From positions 832,001 through 896,000 of the forward strand of contig CAWAWS010000007.1 in NCBI GenBank assembly GCA_963785725.1: 64,000 bases of DNA, in the 5' to 3' direction. The position numbers and the translations under genes are program-made. How positions within the stretch are numbered: the stretch's first letter is position 1; the number at the start of each line of letters is the position of its first letter. The stretch is from an uncultured delta proteobacterium. GTDB taxonomy: Bacteria > Myxococcota_A > Polyangia > Palsa-1104. This document shows positions 41,791-52,174 of this stretch, one piece after another. Under the pieces are notes generated by a model. The model did no database searches. It was not told where the DNA came from and saw only the letters and a program-made list of their open reading frames with translations.

Positions 41791-44498
41791 GTGGCCCTCC
41801 CGCGCGTCGCCAAGTGGCGCTCGACCGCGCGCAACAGCTCGCCGCCGTCGAGCGGCTTGGTCAGGTAGTCGTCGACGCCGGCATCGAAGCCGCGCACGCG
41901 ATCGAGTGGCTCCGACTTGGACGTCACCATGATCATCGGTACATCTTTATGACGCGGCTGCAGACGCAACGCCCGAGCCAGCTCGTAGCCGTCCAAGTTG
42001 GGCATCATCACGTCCGTCGAGACCAGGTCGAAGCCGCGCGCGTCACGCGACGCCAGCTCCAGCGCTTCGCGACCGTCGCGCGCGGCCACGACCTCGTAGC
42101 CGTGCGCTTCCAACACGCGCTTCAACGACTCGCGAATGACGTCGGAGTCCTCGGCGACGAGGATGCGCGGGCGCTGGCGCTCGCTCGGCAACGCCGCGAT
42201 CTCCGTCGGCAACGGCGCGCGCGACGGCGTGCGTTGCAGGCCGCGCTGGATGACCTGCGCCACGTCGAGGATGACGGCCACGCGCTCGCCGATGAGCGTC
42301 GCGCCCGCCGCGCACGGCACCTGCTGCAACAAGGCGCCCAGCGACTTGAGCACGATCTCGCGCTTGCCGAGCAGCCGCTCGACGGCCAGCGCGTACGTCT
42401 GCCCGCCGGCGTCGACGAGCACGACCGGCAGGTCGCCGCCGCCGCCGAGCTCGACCGGCAAGCGCGCGCCCAACTCCAACTCCAGCGCGTCGGCGGCCCA
42501 AATCAGCGGAATCTGCGCGTCGCCGACGAAGATGACGTCGCGATCGTAGACGCGATGGATCTGCTCGGGCGCGACGGCCAGCGTGCGCACGACGATGTCG
42601 ACCGGCAGCGCGTAATCCTCGCCCGCGATGCGCACCAGCAGCACCTGCACGATCGCCAACGTCAGCGGCAGCTTGAGCGTGAAATCGGCGCCTTGTCCCG
42701 GCGTCGACGACAGCTCGATCGTGCCCGACAAGCGCGTCACCGTCTCGCGCACGACGTCCATGCCGACGCCGCGCCCGCTCACGTCGGTCACGCGCGCCGC
42801 CGTCGAAAAGCCGGGCCGAAAGATGAGATCGAGGACGGTCGTATCGTCCATCGACGTCAGCTCTTCCTCGGTCGCCAGCGACTTGGCGCGCGCTTTTTCA
42901 CGCAGCCGCGCCGGATCGAGCCCGGCGCCGTCGTCGCGCACCTCGACGATGATCTGGTTGCCGCGGTGGCGCGCCGCCAACGTCACGACGCCCTCTTCCG
43001 GCTTGCCCGCCGCGCGCCGCAGCTCCGGCGTCTCCAGCCCGTGGTCGACGGCGTTGCGCACGAGGTGCAAGAGCGGGTCGTCGAGCTGCTCGAGCAGCAC
43101 CTTGTCGAGCTCGGTGTCGGCGCCTTCGAGCTCGAGCCGCGCCTTCTTGTCGAGCGCGTGGGCCAGCTCGCGCACGGTGCGGTGATACTTCGTGAAGACG
43201 CGCGCGATCGGCAGCATGCGCAGCTTCATGACCTGCTGGCGCAGCTCCGCCGTCACGTGATCGAGCGCGCCGGCGCCGCCGCCCAAGTCGTTGGCCAGCT
43301 CGGCCAAGATGCGCTGGAAGCGATCGATGTCGTCGAGGTCGAGCTTGCCGCGGCTGTGGCGCGCGCGGCGGACGAGGCCGTCGAGCTCGCGCCCGAGCAC
43401 GCCCACCGACGTGATCGAGCCGTGCAGCCGCGCCTTGGCCAGCACCAGCTCGCCGACGAGGTTGAGCAGCGTGTCGAGCTTGTCGAAGTCGACGCGCAGC
43501 GTCTGCTTCGAGTCGCCGCCGCCGGCGCTGGCCGCGGCGATGGCGTTGGTGTTCGGCGCGTCGTGCGTCGCCGGCGTGGTCGACAGCGGCGGCGACGGCA
43601 AGGGCGCGCCGGTCGCGACCGCGCGCAGCCGCGCCACCTCGACGGCGATGGGCACGTCGATGCGCGCGCCCGCCGTCACGTCCACGGCCGACGCCGCCCG
43701 CAAAATGGCGCGCAAGCCGTCGAGCGCGCCCAAGAGCGCGTCGACGAGCGGCCGATCGGCGAGGCGCGTCCCATCGCGCAGTTGGCCGACGAGATCCTCG
43801 GCCGCGTGCGCCAGCCGATTCATGCGCCCGAGCCCGACGAACGCCGACGATCCCTTGATCGTGTGCAGGTCGCGGAAGATCTCGCGCACCAGCTCGACGT
43901 CGTTGGGCGCCGTCTCCAGCCGCAGCAGCTTTTGCGCCAAGGCCTCGATGCGCTCCGCCGCCTCCTCCAAGAACGGCTCGACCATGTCCGCGTCGACTTG
44001 CGGCACCCATAAGGTGTCGTCGGGCGGCAGCTGCGGATCGTCCGGCTGGTCGCGAACCAGCGTCGGCGCCGTGGTCGTCGACGCGGTCGTGGGCGCGAGG
44101 GTCGCGACGTTCGGCGTCGGCGGCGCGAGGCCGAGGCGCGCCGGCAAGGCGTCGAGGTCGCGCGTGTCGTCGAGCCGCGCGCCCGACGCGTCCGGTCGCG
44201 ACAGGGTCTCGGCCGCCGCCGTCAGCGCGTCGGCGCCGGCGCGCAAGGGCTCGCGCAGGCCGGCCCAATCCTCGGCGCCGCGCTCCGACAGCGCCGTCTC
44301 CAGCGCCGCCGCCGCGCGCGCCACCGCGTCGACGCCGAGCAGCGCCGCCGACGCGCGCAGCGTGAACAGCGCGCCCACCAGCCGATGCAGCTCCGCCGTC
44401 GCCAGCGCCGCCAGCTGCGACGACGCCGCCAAGTCCGACGCCGTCGCCTGCGTCTCGGCCAGGAAGTCCTGCCACACCGAGTCGCCCGATTGGCTCAT
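41787..44498 (-). CDS. cheA: Hybrid CheA (degenerate Hpt, Hpt, dimer, HATPase, CheW, REC)
   Basis: DLHTIKGSS, HLVRNAVDHG, GFSTA..SGRGVGMDVV, C-terminal REC STDVMMP. Confidence 0.95.
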   Translation of the reverse strand: MSQSGDSVWQDFLAETQATASDLAASSQLAALATAELHRLVGALFTLRASAALLGVDAVARAAAALETALSERGAEDWAGLREPLRAGADALTAAAETLSRPDASGARLDDTRDLDALPARLGLAPPTPNVATLAPTTASTTTAPTLVRDQPDDPQLPPDDTLWVPQVDADMVEPFLEEAAERIEALAQKLLRLETAPNDVELVREIFRDLHTIKGSSAFVGLGRMNRLAHAAEDLVGQLRDGTRLADRPLVDALLGALDGLRAILRAASAVDVTAGARIDVPIAVEVARLRAVATGAPLPSPPLSTTPATHDAPNTNAIAAASAGGGDSKQTLRVDFDKLDTLLNLVGELVLAKARLHGSITSVGVLGRELDGLVRRARHSRGKLDLDDIDRFQRILAELANDLGGGAGALDHVTAELRQQVMKLRMLPIARVFTKYHRTVRELAHALDKKARLELEGADTELDKVLLEQLDDPLLHLVRNAVDHGLETPELRRAAGKPEEGVVTLAARHRGNQIIVEVRDDGAGLDPARLREKARAKSLATEEELTSMDDTTVLDLIFRPGFSTAARVTDVSGRGVGMDVVRETVTRLSGTIELSSTPGQGADFTLKLPLTLAIVQVLLVRIAGEDYALPVDIVVRTLAVAPEQIHRVYDRDVIFVGDAQIPLIWAADALELELGARLPVELGGGGDLPVVLVDAGGQTYALAVERLLGKREIVLKSLGALLQQVPCAAGATLIGERVAVILDVAQVIQRGLQRTPSRAPLPTEIAALPSERQRPRILVAEDSDVIRESLKRVLEAHGYEVVAARDGREALELASRDARGFDLVSTDVMMPNLDGYELARALRLQPRHKDVPMIMVTSKSEPLDRVRGFDAGVDDYLTKPLDGGELLRAVERHLATRGRAT

Positions 44499-45607
44499 TT
44501 GGGGCGAATTCCGTGGCGCGCGAGCCAGCGCTGCGTGGCGGCGCGCGTCGCCTTCAGCTGCAGCCGCGGCGTGGCCTCGGCGGCGCGGCGCAGCACACGC
44601 GCCGCCTCGTCGCCGAGGAAGCTGGCGCCGTCGAGATCGATGACGGCCGGCGCGCCGCCGACGAGCGGTCGCAGCTCGCCCGCCAAGCGCTGCCCGTCGA
44701 AGTAGTCGCCGCGCAAGACCAGCGTGCGCAACGGCGGCAGCGGATGCTGGTGCGTCAGCGCCGGCGACGACGGCGTCGGCCGCGTGCCCGGCAGCGACAC
44801 CGCTTGACGAGCCGCCGGCGTCGCCGGCAGCGGTCGCGACGGCGGCCGCTCACGACCGGACGCCGGCGTCGCGTCCTGCTTGCGGTAGATGGCGTTCGCT
44901 TCGCTCGTCAGCTCGGCGCAGTCGCGCAGCGTCTCCGAGTAGCCGACGAGCAGCCAACCTCCCGGCGACAGCGCGCGAATCAGCTTTTGCACGACTTGCG
45001 CCCGTCGTCGCGAGTCGAAGTAGATGAGCACGTTGCGACACAGGACCAGATCGAAGGTCAGCGGCTGCAGCGGCGACAACAGATTGTGCTCGACGAAGCG
45101 GACGTGCGGCCGCAGCCGATCGTTGAGCACGCGCTCGTTGCCGACGCGGCGGAAGTAGCGGGTCACGAGCGGCGCCGGCACGTCGGCCTCGACGCGCGCC
45201 GCCGGATAGGCGCCGCGTCGCGCCTTGTGCAGCGCCGCCGGCGACAGATCGCTCGCCGTCAGCGAAAACGGCAGGCCGCGCTCGGCGAGCAGGATGGCCA
45301 GCGTCCACGCCTCTTCGCCGGTCGCGCAGCCGGCGCTCCACGCCGCCACCGGGGCGCGCAGCTGCGGCAACACGCGCGTCGCCAGCGCGTCGAGCTGCGC
45401 CTGGTGGCGAAAGAAGCGCGTCTCGCCCACGCGCAACAGCTCGACCAGCCGCCCGAGCTCGGCCGCGTCGCCGTCGAGCCGCGCCACGTAGTCCTGCTCG
45501 TCGATGCCGAGCGCCGTCGCCCGTTCGCGCACGCGCGCCTGCAGCGCCCAATCGGGCGGATCGAGCCCGGCGTACGCCGCCAACAGCGGGCCCAGCCGTT
45601 CGCGCAT
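44495..45607 (-). CDS. cheR: CheR methyltransferase with C-terminal STAS-like domain
   Basis: GETRFFRH, WSAGCATGEE, CRNVLIYFD; tail LVLRGD...AVIDLDGASFLGDEAARVL. Confidence 0.9.
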   Translation of the reverse strand: MRERLGPLLAAYAGLDPPDWALQARVRERATALGIDEQDYVARLDGDAAELGRLVELLRVGETRFFRHQAQLDALATRVLPQLRAPVAAWSAGCATGEEAWTLAILLAERGLPFSLTASDLSPAALHKARRGAYPAARVEADVPAPLVTRYFRRVGNERVLNDRLRPHVRFVEHNLLSPLQPLTFDLVLCRNVLIYFDSRRRAQVVQKLIRALSPGGWLLVGYSETLRDCAELTSEANAIYRKQDATPASGRERPPSRPLPATPAARQAVSLPGTRPTPSSPALTHQHPLPPLRTLVLRGDYFDGQRLAGELRPLVGGAPAVIDLDGASFLGDEAARVLRRAAEATPRLQLKATRAATQRWLARHGIRPK

Positions 45608-45628
45608 TTATCGCTTACACCGCAAGAT

Positions 45629-47629
45629 CTAGCCGCGCGCCGTCTTGCGCCGCTCGCTCGATCGCTCGGGCAGCGCCGCTTTGGCCGCCTTCGCCGCCAG
45701 CGCGTCGTGGCCGTTGCCGTGGCCCGCCCCCGAGCCGTCGATGCGAAAGCCGTGCACCAGCTCCTCCAGCTTGAGCGCCAGCGCGTGCAGCTGCTCGCCT
45801 TGCACGACCGCCTCCTCCGACGAGCCCAGCACCTCTTGCGCGATCTTCTGCACGGCGTCCATGTTGCGCGCGATCTCGTCCGACACCACCGCTTGCTCTT
45901 GCACCGAGCGCGCCGTGTCCTGCGTGACGGCGATGATCTGCTGCAGGCTCTCCTGCATCTCCGACGACTTGCGCACGTGCTCGCCGAACACCTTCGTCGC
46001 CTGTTGCATCGAGCTCACCGTCTGCTGCGTCTGCTCGCCGATGGTCCCGATGAGCGACTCGATGTCCTTGGCGCTCTGCCCGACGCGTCGCGCCAGCGAC
46101 GACACCTCGTCGGCGACGACGGCGAAGCCGCGCCCTTGCTCGCCCGCGTGCGCCGCTTCGATCGACGCGTTCAGCGCCAACAGCGACGTCTGCTCGGAGA
46201 TCTGCCGAATCACCTCGACGATGCTGCCGATGCGCTTGCCCGACTGCCCGAGCTCGGTGATCTTCGTCGCCGTCTCTTCGATGATGTGCGCCACTTCGCC
46301 GAGGTGCCGGATGCTGCCCGCCAGCGTCTCGCCCGACTGCCGCGTCACCTGCGTCGCCTGCATCGCGTTCTCGGCCACCGTCTGGATCGACGACGAGAGC
46401 TCGGTCACCGCTGCCGTCGACGACTCGATGCGCGCCGCCTGATCTTTGGCGCCGCCCAGCATCTGCTTCGACGCCGCCGAGATCTCGGCCGACGAGGCGC
46501 CCACTTGCAGCGACGCGCCTTGCACCTCCGACGCCAGCGACTGCAGCTTGCCGAAGATCTCGTTCAGGTTGCTCGCCAGCTGATGCATCTCGGAGCCGGC
46601 GCTCGGCTTGACGTGCAGCCGCTTCGTCAGATCGCCGGCGCCGTGCGCCAGATCTTCCGTGGCCTCGATGAACTTCGAGATCGGCCGCGTCACCACGACC
46701 GAGATCGCGAACGCCACCAGCGCCGCCAGGCCCAGCGCGAACGCGGCGACGGTGAACGTGTCGCGGATGAGGTTGTCCATCTTGCGCACGCGCTCGAAGC
46801 GATTGCGGAAGAAGTACAAGCTGCCGACCGAGCCCAGCGTCGAGCCTTCGTAGCCGTTGAGCTGCGCCGCGAAGAAGTCGTGCTGGCCGTCGGGCAGCGT
46901 CAACACTTGGATCTTCTCGCCGCCTTCGATGATGGTCTCGCGCGCTTCCGGCCGCGTCGCGCGCGCCAAGTCGTCCCAATCGTCGGTGTGCGCCGCCGAC
47001 GCCGTCGTCCGCTGGTTGTGCACCAGCGCCAGCTCCACCTGCTTCTTCGGATCGTCGTCGGTCTGATGCTTGAATTCGCCGAACACCGTCTCCATGCGCG
47101 CGCCGATGACGAGGCCGCCGACCGGCTCGCCGTTGGCCATGACCGGCTCGCCGGCGATGAGATAGGCGCGCCCGTCATTCTCGAGCAGCCCGTCTTTGAT
47201 GACGAGGCCGGCGCGCACGTCGGCGATGGCGCGCAGGCCGCGCGCTTGCGACGCGTCGATCGCGCCCGAGGCCGTGATGTCGCCATGCTTGTCGAAGAGC
47301 ACGACGAACGCCGGCTTCACCGTCTGCGCCAGCGACTGCTCGAGCTGCGCGATGACCGGCTTGGCCGCTTCGTCGTCGCCTTTGGCGAACGCTTGGCGCA
47401 GCTGCGGCGAGCTCGCCCACACCGACGCCGCGGCCGCCATGTAGCTGCCATAAGACAGCTCGAACGACTTGTAGCGACGATAGGTGCCTTGCAGCTCTTG
47501 CGCGGAGTGATCGGTCGTCTTCTTCACCAGCTCGGTCGCGAACCAGTAGTTGAAGGCCACGATCGCCAGCGCCAGCCCGAAGCACCACACGAAAATTTTC
47601 CACTTGATGCTCAGGCGCAAGAGCTCCAT
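45629..47629 (-). CDS. Methyl-accepting chemotaxis protein (2 TM, periplasmic Cache-like sensor, HAMP)
   Basis: [33 protein letters not shown] hairpin; start [11 protein letters not shown] at 47629. Confidence 0.93.
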   Translation of the reverse strand: MELLRLSIKWKIFVWCFGLALAIVAFNYWFATELVKKTTDHSAQELQGTYRRYKSFELSYGSYMAAAASVWASSPQLRQAFAKGDDEAAKPVIAQLEQSLAQTVKPAFVVLFDKHGDITASGAIDASQARGLRAIADVRAGLVIKDGLLENDGRAYLIAGEPVMANGEPVGGLVIGARMETVFGEFKHQTDDDPKKQVELALVHNQRTTASAAHTDDWDDLARATRPEARETIIEGGEKIQVLTLPDGQHDFFAAQLNGYEGSTLGSVGSLYFFRNRFERVRKMDNLIRDTFTVAAFALGLAALVAFAISVVVTRPISKFIEATEDLAHGAGDLTKRLHVKPSAGSEMHQLASNLNEIFGKLQSLASEVQGASLQVGASSAEISAASKQMLGGAKDQAARIESSTAAVTELSSSIQTVAENAMQATQVTRQSGETLAGSIRHLGEVAHIIEETATKITELGQSGKRIGSIVEVIRQISEQTSLLALNASIEAAHAGEQGRGFAVVADEVSSLARRVGQSAKDIESLIGTIGEQTQQTVSSMQQATKVFGEHVRKSSEMQESLQQIIAVTQDTARSVQEQAVVSDEIARNMDAVQKIAQEVLGSSEEAVVQGEQLHALALKLEELVHGFRIDGSGAGHGNGHDALAAKAAKAALPERSSERRKTARG

Positions 47630-48165
47630 TAGCGCGTCTCCCGTCGGAAAGGGGCGAGCCGCTCGGCGCCCAAGAGGCGCTCGGGGGCGAGGATCAGGAG
47701 CGGGCGAGGCGGATCGCCGTTTTGGGCGACGCCTTCGAGGTAAGCGGCCGGCTCGGCTTGCAGCGTGGCCGGCGGCGGCTTGAGCTCGCCCGGCGGCAGA
47801 TCGTGCACGCCGTCGAGCCGGTCGACGAGCAGCCCGGCCGCCGGCCGATTGGCGGCGTTGCGCGGATCGCGCGCGCCCGGCAGCAAGTTCGCGCGCAAGA
47901 CGACGATGTTGCGCCCTTCGCTGCGCCCGAAGGGCGAGGGTGCACCGTGGGGATCGATACGCGCCTCGACTCTGCCGCCCGATAGCCCGAGCAGCGCCGC
48001 CAGATCGAGCACGGCCACCACTTCGCCGCGCAAGTTGATGAGCCCGGCCACGAACGGCGGCACGAGGAACAGCCGCGTCAACGGCCGCTCCGGCAGCGTC
48101 TCCTTGACCGAGCCGATGGGCAGCGCGAAGTCCTGGCCAGCGACGTGAAAGCAGAGCAGCTTCAC
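47629..48165 (-). CDS. cheW: CheW adaptor
   Basis: [40 protein letters not shown]. Confidence 0.9.
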   Translation of the reverse strand: MKLLCFHVAGQDFALPIGSVKETLPERPLTRLFLVPPFVAGLINLRGEVVAVLDLAALLGLSGGRVEARIDPHGAPSPFGRSEGRNIVVLRANLLPGARDPRNAANRPAAGLLVDRLDGVHDLPPGELKPPPATLQAEPAAYLEGVAQNGDPPRPLLILAPERLLGAERLAPFRRETR

Positions 48166-48185
48166 AGCCGCAACATGTTAGCGCG

Positions 48186-48905
48186 TTACGACAAGCGGCG
48201 ATAGGCGGCGGCGATGGCGGCGAAGCGGCCCTCGAGATCGCGCAGCTCCTGTCGCGTCGCGTTCGGGTGCGCGTCGGGATGCAGCGCGCGGGCGAGGCGG
48301 CGATAGGCGCTCTTGATGGCGTCGGCGTCGGCGCCGGCGGGCAATTCGAGCAGCCCGAGCGCCTCGTCGCGCGCCAGCGTCTTGTCGAGCCCGAGCGCGC
48401 CGATTTGCTCGAGGAACGCGAGCAGCGGCAGCGCGCGCGACGGCGGGCACAGCGCGGCCGCTTCGACGTCGGCGAAGGTGCGCGGCAGATCCAAGAACGC
48501 GACCAGCGAGCGCTCGTCGAGGCCGATGCAGCTCTGATGCGGCCGATGCACGAGCTGCAGCCGCGCGCCTTCGGCCTTGGCGCGGAAGCCGTCGCCGACC
48601 GCGCCCACGACGTTGCGGATGACCGCCGCCGGATGAAACGGCCCCATGCCACGCCGCGTCCCCGCCAGCTTCGCGTCGAAGGTCCAGTCGGCGTCGCTGC
48701 GCTTGAGGATGAGCTTGAGCGCGTCCTCGCCGCGCGCCGGCGCTCGCCCGACGATCGTCTCGATGGCCACGAGATCGACGGCGTGCACCCAGCCGCGATA
48801 GAGCTCGACGCGCGCCGGCGACAGCCGCTGACCACGCAGCTGCACGAGCACCGTGCCCGACGCGAGGTCGTGGCTCAGGCTCCAGACGAGCTTGGCGGCG
48901 TTCAC
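48186..48905 (-). CDS. J-domain protein (C-terminal DnaJ domain with HPD)
   Basis: [27 protein letters not shown]...[11 protein letters not shown]. Confidence 0.82.
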   Translation of the reverse strand: MNAAKLVWSLSHDLASGTVLVQLRGQRLSPARVELYRGWVHAVDLVAIETIVGRAPARGEDALKLILKRSDADWTFDAKLAGTRRGMGPFHPAAVIRNVVGAVGDGFRAKAEGARLQLVHRPHQSCIGLDERSLVAFLDLPRTFADVEAAALCPPSRALPLLAFLEQIGALGLDKTLARDEALGLLELPAGADADAIKSAYRRLARALHPDAHPNATRQELRDLEGRFAAIAAAYRRLS

Positions 48906-48929
48906 TTCGGAGAGATTGTACTGCGAATA

Positions 48930-49199
48930 CTACTTGTTGGCGCGACGGCTGTTGTCGTCGGCGATACCGCGAGCGCGCGTCTCTTTGAGGTGCTCTTCGA
49001 CGATCTCGGTGACGTTCTCGTTGAACTTCACCTTGCCGTCGGCGATCTCGCGCAGCGCGGTCACGGCCGGCTTGTTGTCGCAGCGAACGAGCGCGCGGGC
49101 GCCCTTCGACAGCTGGCGCGCGCGCTCGGCGGCGAGGATGACGAGCGCGAAGCGGTTACCGACTTTATCGAGGCAGTCTTCAACGGTTACGCGAGCCAT
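48930..49199 (-). CDS. rpoZ: RNA polymerase omega subunit
   Basis: [30 protein letters not shown]...[11 protein letters not shown]. Confidence 0.97.
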   Translation of the reverse strand: MARVTVEDCLDKVGNRFALVILAAERARQLSKGARALVRCDNKPAVTALREIADGKVKFNENVTEIVEEHLKETRARGIADDNSRRANK

Positions 49200-49319
49200 G
49201 GTCGGTGGAGACTAGCCTAACGCCGCAAACAGTCAAGGCACTTTCGCCTTGAAAGGAGGCGGACCGCGCCGTATCGTAAGTTGAGGCTTCTTCTCGTTAT
49301 ACTTCGTTGGGAGAGCAGC

Positions 49320-49976
49320 ATGCGTGTCGTAGCCGTCAACTGGACCGATCTCGAGACCGCGTTCGAGCGCAACTCACCCGAGACGGAGAGCTTCCTCGAC
49401 ACCCGCACGGGGGAAGTCGTCACGGTCAGCGAAGGCGCCATCGACTACTCCGAGCAGCGCTCCAAGGTCCAGACCGGCGGCGATGCCTTCGTACGCATCG
49501 AGCCGGCCGCCAGCCGCGAGCAGTACAAGTGGATGGAGCGCTTCGTCGTCGGCGTGACCGATGAGCCGCTGCGCGAGCGGCTCGTCATCGCCATCGACGG
49601 CAAAGGCGCCTTCCGCCGCTTCAAAGACGTGCTCCTCAACTACCCGACCGAGCGCGAGCGCTGGTTCAGCTATCGCGGTGAGCTGTTGCATTGGGCGATC
49701 AAGAAGTGGATGGAAAAAGAGCAGCTTTCGCCGAAGGAAGCGGCGCCGTGGGGCGAGCCCAAAGAGCCGGTCGAGGACGACGTGCAGCTCGAGCGTCCGA
49801 CGACGGCGGGTGAAGGTCCGGGCGAGCTCTTGCGCCGCCAGGCCAAGGAGTTGATCGATCTCGTCCCCGCCGTGGAATTGCCGGCGGCAATCGCGTTCCT
49901 CGATTTTTTGCGCGAGCGCGGCGTCGCTGAGCTCGGACGCGTCCGCACCATCCCCGTCAAACGCACCGCCGCATAA
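49320..49976 (+). CDS. UPF0158 family protein
   Basis: FLDTRTGEV..YKWMERFV..AIDGKGAFRRFKDVL..WFSYR. Confidence 0.85.
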   Translation: MRVVAVNWTDLETAFERNSPETESFLDTRTGEVVTVSEGAIDYSEQRSKVQTGGDAFVRIEPAASREQYKWMERFVVGVTDEPLRERLVIAIDGKGAFRRFKDVLLNYPTERERWFSYRGELLHWAIKKWMEKEQLSPKEAAPWGEPKEPVEDDVQLERPTTAGEGPGELLRRQAKELIDLVPAVELPAAIAFLDFLRERGVAELGRVRTIPVKRTAA

Positions 49977-50095
49977 AACCGCCGCGACCGGGCCGATCGC
50001 GTCGTTGTCACTGCGCTCCGCTGCTCACGTACCCGAGCGTACGCTGCGCTGCGGTGCTCGTTCCGCCTAGCGCTCGGCCCGCTCGCGACGGTTTT
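49975..50095. repeat. Palindromic REP/MITE-like element, copy 2
   Basis: 20/22 terminal inverted repeat AAAACCGCCGCGACCGGGCCGA / TCGGCCCGCTCGCGACGGTTTT; inner CGTAC..GTACG hairpin; colinear with 33620-33739. Confidence 0.85.
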
Positions 50096-50150
50096 GCCGA
50101 AAGTTCCATAGACAGAAGCTGAGACGGAGGCGGCGCGGCGGGGGTTCCCG

Positions 50151-50936
50151 TTAGAGCAGCGCGGCGGCTGCTGCGGCGGCGAACGTGGCCGCGGCGTTGA
50201 CGGCGTCGTTGCCGAAGCCGCGCCAGCCGCCGGCGCGAACGCCGTCGGTGCCGCAGTGGTGGCGGGCGGATTCGCTGTCGCGGTCGCAGCTCGGGCAGCG
50301 CCAGCGCGCTTGCACCGTCGCGCCCAACAGGCTGTCGGCGAGCGCGCCGGCGACGCCGAAGCCGACGGCGACCGCCATCGTGTGCAGCGGCCGCGCCGAC
50401 GAAAAGGCCGCGACGACGCCGACGAGCAGCGCGCCGGCGAAGGCAGCGGCGAGACCGAGCGGCGACACGGCGCCCGACGTTCCACGCGGCACGCGCTGGA
50501 GGCGCACGAGCGACCACGGCTCGCCGCGCGACAAGACGCCCAGCTCCGTCGCCCACGTGTCGGCGTTGGCGGCGGCGAGGCCGGCGACGAACGCGTCCGC
50601 CCAATGCGGCGACGGCGACCAGGCCATCGCCAGCGCCGCCAGCGTCGCTGCGCCGCCGTTGGCGAGCACTTGCCAGGCGTCGCGCGTGTCGCCTTTGTCG
50701 AACTCGCGCTTGACGGCCGCTTTGCGCATTTTGCCGACGCGTCCGAGCAGCGTCGACGTGACGAAGAACGCGCCGAGCACGCTGAACCAGCCGAAACCGC
50801 CGGCGCCGTAAATGATCGTGCCGACGAAGACGGCGGCGATGGCGCCCGAAGCGGCCAGCGAGCCGCGTCGCCAGGCGCCGACCGCGACGACGACCGAGAG
50901 GGCGAGCCCGACGAAGACGCTGCCGCCGAGGCTCAT
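50151..50936 (-). CDS. DUF92 (TMEM19-like) membrane protein
   Basis: RDAWQVLANGG, ANADTWATELG, GTSGAVS, DSLLGA, NDAVN. Confidence 0.88.
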   Translation of the reverse strand: MSLGGSVFVGLALSVVVAVGAWRRGSLAASGAIAAVFVGTIIYGAGGFGWFSVLGAFFVTSTLLGRVGKMRKAAVKREFDKGDTRDAWQVLANGGAATLAALAMAWSPSPHWADAFVAGLAAANADTWATELGVLSRGEPWSLVRLQRVPRGTSGAVSPLGLAAAFAGALLVGVVAAFSSARPLHTMAVAVGFGVAGALADSLLGATVQARWRCPSCDRDSESARHHCGTDGVRAGGWRGFGNDAVNAAATFAAAAAAALL

Positions 50937-51742
50937 CGCCGCCGGCTCAGCTCGCCTTGTGCGGAAACCAGAATCCATCCGTCGTCGCGCACGGTGCCGT
51001 CGCTGGGCGGCTCGACACAGGCGCCGCGCGACCACAAATAGCCGGTGTAAGCGCAGATGACGGCGTCGAACTTGTGGTCGTTGGCGAGGCCGTGCTCGCG
51101 CCAAGCGCCGGGCGCGAACTTCAGGTCGGTCATGGCGTTCAGAATATCGAGGCGCGTCTGCGGCGAGTCGCCCGAGCGCTTGTAGCTGCCGGCGGTCTTG
51201 GCCGCGAACAGCTGCGTCAACGTCGCCTTCGGATAGACCTCGATCAAGTTCTCGTTCAGCCGATGCGTCGACCCGAGCGCGCGCGTCAGATAAGCCGCGC
51301 GTGCCGTCAAGGGACCCATGCCTTGGCCGAGCGTCTCGCGCGGCATGATGTGCTGCTCTTCGTGCAACAGCACTTCCGTCGCCCGCTGCGTATACGGCGT
51401 GTATTTCGGCTTCTTGCCGGCCACGCGCGCGCCGTTTTCACGCTCGCGAAACCAGCGGACAATCGACACGTCGCACGCTTCCAAGCCCGGACAGGCCGGC
51501 AGCTGACAGCGCACGCAGCCCGGCAGGGTCAACGGCGCGTCGACGGCCACCAGCGCCTGCGGATATTCGCGCAAGTAGGCCAGCAGCCGATCGTCGTACC
51601 AAGGCTCGGACTTGCCCGTGCCGTAGTCGCGCACTTCGAGGATCGCCGGCGTCCCATCCACGAGCTCGAGGCGCGCCACGGCGGTGTTCTTGCCCTTGCC
51701 GCCTCCGAGATCGACGCCGATGAAGGTGGAAAACGCCATCAA
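50933..51742 (-). CDS. DUF429 family RNase H-fold predicted nuclease
   Basis: [33 protein letters not shown]. Confidence 0.8.
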   Translation of the reverse strand: MMAFSTFIGVDLGGGKGKNTAVARLELVDGTPAILEVRDYGTGKSEPWYDDRLLAYLREYPQALVAVDAPLTLPGCVRCQLPACPGLEACDVSIVRWFRERENGARVAGKKPKYTPYTQRATEVLLHEEQHIMPRETLGQGMGPLTARAAYLTRALGSTHRLNENLIEVYPKATLTQLFAAKTAGSYKRSGDSPQTRLDILNAMTDLKFAPGAWREHGLANDHKFDAVICAYTGYLWSRGACVEPPSDGTVRDDGWILVSAQGELSRRR

Positions 51743-52128
51743 ATGCGCCGTTGCGGTCCTGGAATCTCTTGCACGCCGGCCGCGCGCACGCGGTTGTGCT
51801 CGTCGACGAGCACGACCTTCGGCGTCCAGCCTTTGATCTCGTGCGCCTCGAGCTCGGCGAAGGTGGCGATGATGACGAGGTCACCCGGCTGCATGAGATG
51901 CGCGGCCGCGCCGTTGATGCAGATGACGCCCGAATCCGGCTCGCCGCGCAGCGCGTAGGTCTCGAGCCGCGTTCCGCGCGTCACGTTCCAGATGTGGACA
52001 TGCTCGTTGGGCAGAATATCGGCCGCTTCGAGCAGGTTGGAATCGATCGTCACCGAGCCTTCGTAGTCGACGTCGGCTTGCGTCACTCGGGCGCGGTGGA
52101 TCTTCGATTTGAAAAACGATCGGCGCAT
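51739..52128 (-). CDS. panD: Aspartate 1-decarboxylase
   Basis: [32 protein letters not shown]. Confidence 0.96.
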   Translation of the reverse strand: MRRSFFKSKIHRARVTQADVDYEGSVTIDSNLLEAADILPNEHVHIWNVTRGTRLETYALRGEPDSGVICINGAAAHLMQPGDLVIIATFAELEAHEIKGWTPKVVLVDEHNRVRAAGVQEIPGPQRRI

Positions 52129-52174
52129 CGATTGGTCTACTTATAGCACCCTTTTATGGGCGAGGAGGTACGCC

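Noticed and set aside
44513..47632. Very long antisense or alternate-frame ORFs (for example 1039 aa here, also 41814-44012 and 35229-37274)
   Set aside because: Arg/Ala-rich shadows of real genes, expected in high-GC DNA
45629..48835. 1068-aa MCP and 779-aa CheB as given in the ORF track
   Set aside because: The N-terminal extensions overlap cheW/J-domain and the cyclase in other frames; likely starts are 47629 and 39949
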